Source: the human T2T-CHM13v2.0 reference genome, Homo sapiens. Taken from it: a DNA stretch of 64,000 nt. The translations under genes were made by a program, and so were the position numbers. Location: the NCBI RefSeq assembly GCF_009914755.1, contig NC_060931.1. One strand, 5' to 3'. The notes under the pieces were generated by a model. The model worked only from the letters and a program-made list of their open reading frames with translations. It made no database searches and was not told where the DNA came from. Below are positions 54,156-64,000 of the stretch, piece by piece. Numbering within the stretch: position 1 is the first letter of the stretch; each line of letters begins with the position of its first letter.

Positions 54156-54570
54156 CTTTGTGGTTTTGTCTACTTTTGGTCTTTGATGTTGGTGACCTAC
54201 AGATGGGGCTTTGGTGTGGATATCCTTTTGTTGATGTTGATGCTATTCCTTTCTGTTTGTTAGTTTTCCTTCTAACAGTCAAGTCTCTCAGCTGCAGGTC
54301 TGCTGGAGTTTCCTGCAGATCCACTCCAGACCCTGTTTGTCTGGATATCACCCGCAGAGACTGCAGAACAGCAGATATTGCAGAACAGTAAATATTGCTG
54401 CCTGATCCTTCCTCTGGAAGCTTTGTGCCAGAGGGGCACCTAGCTGTACGAGGTGTCAGTTGGCCCCTACTGGGAGGTGTCTCCCAGTTAGGCTACACGG
54501 GGGTCAGTGACCCACTTGAGGAGGCAGTCTGTCCATTCTCTGAGCTGAAACACTGTGCTGGGAGAACCAC

Positions 54571-56995
54571 TTGTCTATTCTTTTACCAATACCACACTAT
54601 TTTAATTACTGTAGCTTTATAGTAAGTAAATTTTACAGTCAGGTAGTGTTAGACTTAACTTTGTTCTTCAATATTGTGGTGGGTAGTCTGGGACTTTTGC
54701 TGTATACTTAAACTTCAGAATAATTGTGCCTATTTCTGCAAAGTAACTTAAGATTGCATTGAATCTATATATCAAGTTGGGTGGAACTGATATCTTGACA
54801 ATATTGAGCCTTTATCCATGAACATGGAATATCTTTCCATTTAGTTCTTTTGGATTTTTTTCATCAGAGTTTTGTAGTTTTACACATATACATTTTGCAC
54901 ATTTTTCTTATATTTATAAGTGATGCTTTTTGGTGCTAATGTAAATAATATATGTTTTAAATTTTGAATTCTAATTTTGTTTATTGTTGATATATGGGAA
55001 TGATTGATTTTGTGTATATCCTTATATCCTGTAATCTTGCTGTAATTGCTTATTAGTGATATTGGGATGTTTTTGGTCTATTCTTTCACATTTTCTACAT
55101 AGACAATCATGTCATCTGTGAACAAAGACAGTTTTATTTCTTCTTTCCCCTTATGTATACCTTTTGTTTCCTTTTCTAATCTTATTGCATTAGCTTGTAC
55201 TTTCATTATAATGTTGAAAACTAGTGGTGAGAGGGGACATCAATGCTTTGTAGTAAATATTAGCATGAAAGCTCTTAGTTTCTGAACATTTAGCTTAATG
55301 TTTACTGTAGGAATTTTATAGATATTCTTGATTAAGTTGAAGAAGTTTTCTTCTATTCCTAGTTTACTGAGACTTCTATTTATCATAAACAGGTGTTAGA
55401 TTATGTCAAATGCTTTTGAAATTATCGTGTGACTTTTCTTCTTTACATCAGTTGATTTCCAAGTGTTGTATCTGCCTTGATATCTAAGATAAATTCCACT
55501 TGGTTATTGTGTATAATGTTTTATACATTGTTGGATATGATTGGTCATATTTTGTTGAGGATTTTGCATTTATTTTTATTTGAGATATTAGTCTGTTGTT
55601 TTCTTGTCTTGTGATGTTTTTGCCCGGTTTTGGTAGCAGGGCATTAGCCTCATAGAATGATTTAGAAAATATTACTTCTACCTTGTGAAGTAGCATATAG
55701 AGAATTGCTATAATTTCTTTATTGGAAGTTTGGTAGAAATCAGCAGTGAAAGCATCTGTGCCTGTGCTTTCTGCTTTAGATCTTTAATTATGGATTCAAT
55801 TTCTTTAATAAATACAAGCCACTTAAAATTGTATGTTTTTTCTTGTGTGAGTTTTGGCAGATTATGCCTTTCAAGGAAATTTTTTTATTTCTTATAACTT
55901 ATCAAATTTGTGGGAATCATGTTGTTCACAGTATTCCTTTATAATCTTGTTAATATACATGAGTTATATAGTGATGTCTTTTCTTTCATTTCTGATATGA
56001 GTATTACAGCTACGTTTTTCTACCCTAGCTAGAGGCGTACTGACTTTATTCATCTTTTCTAATAAGTAGCTTTTGGTTTTCTTGATTTTCTGTTTTTAAT
56101 CTTATTGATTCTTGCTCTAATTTTTATTATTTTGTTTCTTCTGCTTACTTTGGATTAATTTTCTTATTTCCTAGTTTTCAAAGATAAAGTTGTGGTGATT
56201 TATTTTGGATATTTCTTCTTCTCTAATATATGTACTCAATGCCATAAATTTTCCTCTAAGCACTGATTTGCTGCATCTCACAAATTTTTGATCAGTGGTG
56301 TTTTTATTTTTATTCAGCTTACATTATTTTTGAAATGTGTATTCTGCTGTTGTTGGATTTAAAAAAATATAGAGATATCTGTTATATCCAGTTGACTGAT
56401 GATGTTGCTGGGTTCAGCTAAATCCTCACTGATTTTCTGCTAGCTGCATATGTCCATTTCTGATTAAAAAAAAAAGTCTGGGTTTATTTATTTCTCATTT
56501 TAGTTTTTGCCGCACAAATACTGATGCTCTGTTGTTAAGCATGTACACCCTAAAGATTTCTGTCTTCTTGGAGAATTGACCCCATTATTATTATATAACT
56601 TTCCTTGCTCTGAAATCTGCTGTGTCTGAAATTAATATAGTTACTCCTACTTTGTTTTGATTAGCGTTAGCATGGCATATCTTTCTTCCTCTATTTACTT
56701 TAAATCAACTTGTTTCTTTATATTTAAAGTGGATATCTTATACACAGTACATAGTTGGGTCTTTTTTTAATTCACTCACAGTCTCTGTCTTTTATTTGGT
56801 GTATCTAGGTCACCGTAATTAATCATGTTGTTGGATTCGTATTTATCATATTCATTACTGTTTTCTATGTGTTGCCTTCACCTTTGGCTTCTATTATTGT
56901 CTTACACTTTTTTTCTGCTTTTTATGGTTATAATAAGGCATATCATAAAATTCCACTTTTCTTAACATATCAGTTGTACTTTTTTTTTAAATTAC
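54571..56995 (-). mobile_element. Older L1M ORF2 fragment abutting the L1PA 5' end
   Basis: ccaataccacactattttaattactgtagctttatag, acaatcatgtcatctgtgaacaaagacagttttatttc, gtggtgagaggggacatc; ORF 55484-55696 resembles FYEASITLIPKP. Confidence 0.85.
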
Positions 56996-57898
56996 TTCCT
57001 TAGGAAATTTTAATTCCTTTCTCTCCATTCATCTACTATAATGTAAGGAGTGTGTACATGTGTGTATGTCAATATCAATAAATATATGTTAAATGGATTA
57101 ATTGAAGTAATTAAAGTAAGCTCTGGCACACAATTGTCCTTTGTAATAAGTACATCAAAAAACCATAATTCAGGTGAACTGAAAAATAATTAATTTAGTG
57201 TTACTCATGTGTAAGGTATTATTTTTTAGTGTTGCAATCCCATTATGCGTCTATTTGATTTTAACTCCTCACATAGGTTCTAAATTTCTAAATCAAATAG
57301 ACGACATACTTTTGACACTGCTGATACTGGCTTATTCCTTAATTATTCCTACAATTAGCCTATAAGATTCATGAAGCACAATTCATACCCAGTACAATAG
57401 AATTTGGCACATAACTTTGCAATTGGTCAATTATATACCTGTGTCTTTAATCCCTGAGAGCAGAATGATGAATATTTGAGCCCCAGTATATCATATATAC
57501 ATGTAATTAATTTTTAAAAGGTAGTTCAATATTCAAATTTATTGCAAAGTGGCCAAGACAGTGCAAGTGTTGACGACTTATAAATAGAACTACATTGACT
57601 ATTTACATTAGGTTCTTGAGGATTGAAATAACATTCTTCTGTTTTTCCTAATAAATGACAGGCTTATATACATAGACTTGAGTTAAAAATTGACCAATAT
57701 TAACTGCCATGAGCCCGTGGTGAACAAATTATTGCTGTCATCTCAAACACAATAATTAATAGATTAATTACTAGGATTTACCAAAATGGCTTTTTGAAGA
57801 TCTATTTTTAATGTTCTTTTCTGTTAAAAGCAGCTTACACAAGTTTCCTAAATCTATACTGCCACTAATGATAGTACCACAGCATCTTAGTATAAAAT

Positions 57899-58227
57899 TT
57901 CTGGAGTTTGAATGTTTGCCCCCTCCAAAATTCACGTTGAAATTTAATTGTCATTGTAAAAGTATTAAGATATGAGACCTTTAAGAGGTGATTAGGCCAC
58001 CCAGTATTATGGGTGGAATTAATGCCATTATGAAAGAATGAATTTGGTTCCCTTTTTCCTCTGTGTCCTTTGGCCATGTAATGAGACAACAAGAAAGCCC
58101 TTGTCAGATGTCACCATCTTTATATTGGACTTTCCAGCCTTCAGGTCTGTAAGCTATTACATTTCCATTCATTATAAGTTACCTAGTCTTGGTATTCTGG
58201 TACAGTAGCACAAAACAGATTAAGACA
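57899..58227 (+). mobile_element. MaLR solo LTR, MST(C/D)-like
   Basis: gtttgaatgtttgcccctccaaaattcacgttgaaatttaat...gacctttaagaggtgattaggcca...ttggactttccagcc...gtagcacaaaacagattaagaca. Confidence 0.85.
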
Positions 58228-58849
58228 AAAAATGTTCCCTCATATTTATATAAGAACGAATAGTCTTCCTTTTAGTTCTTTTATTTCAATGATCAAGATT
58301 TGCTCACCCATCTGCCAATTCTAGTCTTGCTGTGTTATGTATTGATTAAAACAGTTGTACTTAGTTGAAACATTGGAACTCATAGGGCAGTAAACATACA
58401 TAACAAGACAGTATTGAATCTGTGGTATTCGTTATAACTAAGGAACTATGTAGAGGCCAATTACTCTCACCAAATCACGCCCATAAAAGTAGCTTAACTA
58501 TAAAAGGAAAATTTGATATTTGAGATACTGGTCTTTCAGGTCAAAGTAATTATACAGTCAAATTATGTCCATAATCTTGGGAAACTTATAGCATAAACTG
58601 CATAAATGATAACTACATGTTCTAGAATATATGCAAGTTTTTGTAATGCAAACATAGTAAGAAAACTGTTAGCAAACTTTATTTTCCCTAGGAAAATTAT
58701 TCAAAATTATGTCATGTAAAATATGATATTTGAATTTGAATGTCATAAACAGGTGTAAAATATATGGGAAAACACAATGCAATTTTGATATACATAAGAA
58801 TTCAAAATTTAAAACCTAGCTTATAATTAAATTTTAGCAACGTTATCTA

Positions 58850-59050
58850 CCACTTATAGCATACTCAATGCGTGCCAAGGATTTTACATGAGTAATTTAA
58901 TTTAATCATCACAGTTCCCATATCAACCAACCTACACTATTCCAAATTGTCAAATAAAGTAAGTAAGGCTCTGAGAAGTAACTTAGTTGTTAAGTTCAAA
59001 ATTAGATCTGTTTGTCTGACTCTAAAGACCCTGCACGTTCTCTAGGCATA
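58850..59050 (-). mobile_element. MIR
   Basis: atactcaatgcgtgccaagg...tttaatcatcacag...aaggctctgagaagt...agatctgtttgtctgactctaaag. Confidence 0.6.
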
Positions 59051-59869
59051 TCATGCTTTTTTCAGTTGGCCAAAGTTGTTAGGGAAGTAGATTTGTTTCT
59101 TCTTACCTCTTATGGCTGAAATTTAGAAACACTCAGATAGGGAAAAATTATAAAATTACATTTAGTTTCTGGAGCAGAGGGTCAAATGGCCCAAAACACT
59201 CCTCAGTTCTCTTTAAGCTGACACATATAGCATTTTGTATTCAGGGTAAATGTCTGGAAGTAAATTAATTCAAGTTAAGAGTTGAGTAATTTTAAGGATA
59301 GAGACTCATTTTGAAGAAGACGCAAAATTTAAGCACCTAAAATTGTTGAGTTGTTTCTCCAACATATTCTTCTGTTTCAGCATATGATCCTATAATAGTG
59401 CAGTACTTTTTGAACTGGCCTGCCTCATGTCCTCCCTGTTTCAGCCCATTCTGCCAAGCACAGCTGGCAAAGTCATTATTCAAAAGCATTTTAGTAAACA
59501 CAGGCTCTTTGAAGATAGAACCCAGGTTCCCAACAACCCATCAGCAGATACATAAATAAGAGTCACAAAGCTCTGATATGTATGGTATCTTCTAGAAATC
59601 ATAGTCTTGTTTTGCCAAAGAGGACCCCAGAATTTGAATTAAGGCCATCTTCATTATCTTCTCTTTTTCTCATTGCCTAAGGTGCTCAGATATGGGATGG
59701 AGAAAGGAGGTATGGGGACAAGTATCATGATCATCTATTCCAGCCACTTGTTTATTTCGCTGCAGACTGATAGTCTTTGCAATATAGTTTAAGAAATTTC
59801 TAGTATTATCGTTTGTACCATATATACATGTCTTACAAAGCACATTGGGAAAATGATGTAAATGAAAAT

Positions 59870-60458
59870 TGCATGGAATAACAAGTACTGTTGAAGATGT
59901 AAAAAGATTGCAATCATTATAGCTGGTGAAAGTATAAATTATTACAAGCATTTTGAAAAATTCTAGGGCAGCATCTACTAATGCATGTAACATATAAACT
60001 TAGGTTATATACTAAACATAAATGCATACATATATGCATCAAAAGGTGTGTTCATAGAAGCACTATTCATAATAGTCCCAAACTGGATAAAACTTATAGT
60101 ATATTTATACAATTGACTATCATATGGCAATGACAATAACAAGCTACAACAATTAATGGAACTTCATAAATGTTATGTCGAGTGAAATAAACCAGACACA
60201 GGATACAGTCTGTGTAACTATATTTATATGAAATTCAAAAAAGACAAAGCTAATCTTTTGTATTAGAAGTTATAATATGGTTATACGGATGTAGTGATGA
60301 AAGTTAATGTTAGGCAATCCTGGGTTTCTGCTTATGTTCTATTTCTTGACCTTATTGCTTGTTACCTAGGTGAATTTATTTTGAAAATAAAAAAAAAATT
60401 ACCAGTGTATACACTTTGATCTGTATTATTTTCTACATGCATAGTATACTTTAATATA
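59870..60458 (+). mobile_element. L1ME-type 3' end
   Basis: gctggtgaaagtataaatt...tgttcatagaagcactattcataatagtcccaaactgg...agacaaagctaatct...tgttctatttcttgacct. Confidence 0.75.
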
Positions 60459-61197
60459 ATGTTTGTATTTACAAAAACCCACTTTTCTCTCTGGAGTATG
60501 AGATTTGAAGCATGTTTAAGTAACACTTATATTTGAAAAAATATATTTTACATAAAAGTTCCCTGTTACTCTCAACTTATCCATGTAGCCCATCTCCCTA
60601 AGTCAATTTTATGGGAAAGACAAAAAATGCTTATGTTGATGTAAGTCGCACTATATCTGATTTAGGCTTATCATGCAGCACCTTCTGTCACCTCTGGTGT
60701 GACTTCAGGGTCTATTGACAAAGATTATTTTTCTCTACAGGTATCTTCCCCACTTACTCAATGTAAATTGGAAAACCATTCTGGACCTTTGTTTTTCTAG
60801 GAGCTTTTATATTTTAATGTGGATTTGCCTAGTGATATAATAGTTTGAGTCATTTATGTTCTAAATTAGTTTATAAAAATAAACATAAAATTTACTGACA
60901 TAGCAGGCAGGAGAAATATGAAAGAGAAGTATGGAAAGCTCATAGAGTGGAAGAACTGGCATTTCTCCAGTTTCATAGATTTATGTAGAGTTGAGATAAG
61001 GCCCTCTTGAGTAGGGCAGAGACAGAGAAGGCCTGTGAATGAAATCAATATTATTCATCTTATCTTTGAAGTAAAGTTATAAATCTAGTAGTAACTTTGG
61101 AGCAATGCTTAAAAATACTGCATTCATCAATAGAACTAAAAAATATATATATCACAACTTTTTTTTTTTACTTTTTCCTTCATGCTTGCCTTCTTTC

Positions 61198-61980
61198 TTT
61201 TTTATTTTACTTTTATAATTGACAAATACTAATTTTACATGGGGTACATAGTGATCTTTCAATACATATAATGTAAAGTGATTAGATCAGGGTAATTAGC
61301 ATATCCATCATCTTAAACATGTATCATTTATTTGTGTTTGGAACATTGAATATCTTCCTTCTAGCTATTTGAAATTACGTAATATAGCTAACTATAATCA
61401 TCCTACAGTGGTATGGAACACTAGAATGTATTACCGCTATCTAGCTTATAACCCTGTATCCTTAACAAATCTTTCTCTATTCCTTCATTCCTCCCATTAT
61501 TCCCAGCCTCTAACATACTCCGTTCTACTTTTTGCTTCTATGAGATCAAGTTTGTTTAGCTTCCATATATAAATAAAAACATGCAGTGTTTAATTATCTT
61601 TCCCTGGTGTGTTGGAGGACATAAAGTCCTCTAGTTTCATCCATGTTGCCGAAAATGACAGAATTGTTTTACATGGCTGAATAGTGTCCTAGTGTGTGTG
61701 TGTGTGTGTGTGACGTTTTCTTTATCCTTTCATCTGTTGTTGAACACCTAACTTGATAAGACCTCAAATGCAAAAGCAAAAATAAGAAAATGGGATTGTA
61801 TCAAACTATAGAGCTTTTGCACAGCAAAAAAAAAAAAAAAAAAGAGTAAAAAGGCAACCTACAGAATTAGAGAAAATATTTACAAACTACTCATTTGACA
61901 GGAGATTGATATATAGAATATACAAGGATCCCAAACATCTCACCAGCAAAAAAAAAAAAATTAAATTAAATTAAATTAAA
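61198..61980 (-). mobile_element. L1MA(5-like) 3' end (minus, 61198-61757) with an inverted ORF2 segment (plus, ~61758-61980)
   Basis: tacatggggtacatagtgat...gtgattagatcagggtaattagcatatccatc is an antisense L1MA 3'UTR; followed by sense aaatgggattgtatcaaact...ggcaacctacagaattagagaaaatattt. Confidence 0.8.
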
Positions 61981-61981
61981 C

Positions 61982-64000
61982 AGTGGTTCTGGGCTTTTTT
62001 TTTGTTGGTAGGCTATTTATTACTGACTCAGTTAGAGAGCTCATTATTGGTCTGTTCAGGAATTCTATTTCTTCCTGGTTCGGTATGGAAGCGTATATGT
62101 ATCCAGGAATTTATCCATTTCCTTCAGATTTTCTAGTTTATGTGGTTAGAAGGGTTCATAATATTCTCTGATTGTTGTTTGTGTTCTCTAGGGTCAGTGG
62201 TAATATCTCACTTGTCATTTTTTATTGTGTTTATTTCAATCTTTTTTCTTCTTTATTATTCTAGCTAGTGGTCTATTTTATTAATTAAATAAAAACATCT
62301 CTTGAATTCATTGATTTTCTTTAAATTGTACAAAAAAGAGCTGGTACCATTCCTGCTGAAATTATTCCAAAAACTGAGGAGGAGGGACTCCTCCTAACTC
62401 ATTCTTCAAGGGTATCCTGATACCAAAAGCTGGCAGAGACATGACAACAACAACAACAAAAACTTCAGGCCAATATCCTTAATGAACATGCAAAAATCCT
62501 CAAAAAAAATGCTGGCAAACTGAATCCAGAAGCACATCAAAAAGCTTATCCTCTATGATCTAGTAGGCTTTATCTCTGGGAGCCAAGTTTGGTTTAACAT
62601 ATGCAAATCAATAAATGTGATTCATCACATAAACAGAACTAAAGGAAAAAAAAGTACTTAATTTCAATAGTTGCAGAAGAGGCCTTCAGTAAAATTCAAC
62701 ATCCCTTCATGTTAGAAACTCTCAATAAACTAGGTATTGAAGGAACATACTTCAATATAATGAGAGCCGTCTATGACAGATTCATAGACAACAACATACT
62801 GAATGGGCAAAAGCTGGAAGCATTCCCCTTGAAAACTGGCTCAAGACAAGGATGCCCTCTCTCACCACTCCTATTCAATGTGGTATTGCAGTCATGGCTA
62901 GACCAACCAGGTAAAGGAAAGAAAGAAAGGGCGTCCAAATAGAAAGAGAGGAAGTCAAACTATCGCTGTTTGCAGACGACATAATCCTAGAAAATGCCAT
63001 AGTCTCAGCCAAAAAGTTCCTTAAACAACTTCAGCAAAGTGTCAGGATACAAAATTAATGTGTAAAAAGTCACCAGCATTCCTATACAGCACCAGTCAAG
63101 CTGAGAGTCAAATCACAATTAACACACACACTCACACACACACACATAAATATCTAGCAATACAGCTAATGAAGGAAGTGAAATATCTCTACAAGGAGAA
63201 CTATAAACCACTGATCAAATAAATTAGAGATGACATGAACAAATGAAAAAAAGCATTCCATGCTCATGGATAGGAAGAAACAGTATCTTTAAAATGCACA
63301 CATGGCTAAAGCAATTTGTAAATTCAATGCTATTTCTATTAAAATTAACATTGACATTCTTCACAGAATTAGAAAAAAAAAACTATTTGAAAATTCAGGT
63401 GAAATCAGAAGAGAATCCAAATAACCAAGGCAATACTAAGCAAAAAGAACAAAGCTGGAGTCATCAAGCTACCTAACTTCAAACTATACTACAGGGCTAG
63501 AGTAACCAAAACAGCATGGTACTGGTACAAAAACAGACACATAGAACAATGGGACAGAACAGAGAACCCAGAAATAATGCTGCAGACCTATGACTATCTG
63601 GTCTTTGATAAATCTTTCAAAAACAAACAATGGGGAAAGGACTTTCTATTTGATAAATGGTGCTGAGAAAACTGGCTAGCCATATGCAGGTGATTAAAAC
63701 TGGACTCCTTCCTTACCCCATATACAAAAATTAACTCAAGATGAATTAAAGACTTAAATGTAAAAACCAAAAGTACAAGAAACTCTGGAAGATAATCTAG
63801 GCAATACCATTTTGGATACAGGAACGAGCAAAGATTTAATGATGAAGACAACAAAAGCAAATGCAACAGAAGCAAAAATTTAAAAATGGGATCTAATTAA
63901 AGAGTTCTGCACAACAAAGGAAGATGTCAACAGAGTTAACAGGAAACCTACAAATGGGAGAAAATTTTTGCAAACTATGCATCTGACAAAGTTCTAATAT
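61982..64000 (+). mobile_element. Older L1PA/L1PB ORF2 with 5' inversion (61982-~62322 minus; ~62325-64000 plus), runs off window end
   Basis: ORF 62709-62942 ([23 protein letters not shown]); inverted block starts at the antisense of agcccaggacc, ~30 nt upstream in L1 coordinates of where the sense block begins. Confidence 0.88.

Larger units (their letters stand above)
50194..54570 (-). mobile_element. L1PA5-7-type LINE-1 truncated at both ends (partial 5'UTR, ORF1, ORF2 through RT; no 3'UTR or poly(A))
   Basis: ORF1 start 54155 (MGRNQSRKAENSKNQS), ORF2 start 53066 (MTGSNSHITILTLNVNGLNAPIKRH), RT motifs [10 protein letters not shown] and FADD. Confidence 0.95.

Noticed and set aside
57480-57900. 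Possible minus-strand transcript 3' end (AATAAA at ~57538-57543)
   Set aside because: The hexamer is frequent by chance in AT-rich DNA and there is no other support.

Overview
AT-rich, repeat-dense intergenic/intronic DNA from a catarrhine primate, most likely human or another great ape (AluY, AluSc, AluJ and L1PA2/L1HS-type 3' ends are present). I find no host protein-coding exon. All longer ORFs are decayed LINE-1 ORF1/ORF2 pieces, Alu-derived or chance frames. The window is a layered transposon record: L2/MIR, MaLR LTRs, old L1M, MER4/LTR8/LTR9/LTR1-group ERV1 LTRs, L1MA, L1PA and Alus. The main finding is at 10518-21928: an LTR8/MER4-group (tRNA-Pro-primed, HUERS-P1-like) ERV with mRNA rather than proviral structure (R-U5-PBS-internal-U3-R-poly(A)), flanked by a degenerate 16-bp A-rich target-site duplication. 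This points to an ancient L1-retrotransposed 'processed ERV'. It also carries an inverted copy of its own first ~110 nt ending at the same 5' boundary, a tRNA-Glu relic, and nested L1MA and LTR9 insertions. Second, three short L1PA2/L1HS-type 3'-end stubs share an identical 60-nt core and lack clean TSDs; they are either repair-captured cDNA or assembly artefacts. Several fold-back palindromes and local templated duplications look like DNA-repair scars. Subfamily names come from recalled consensus similarity, not a database search, and boundaries of old repeats are approximate.
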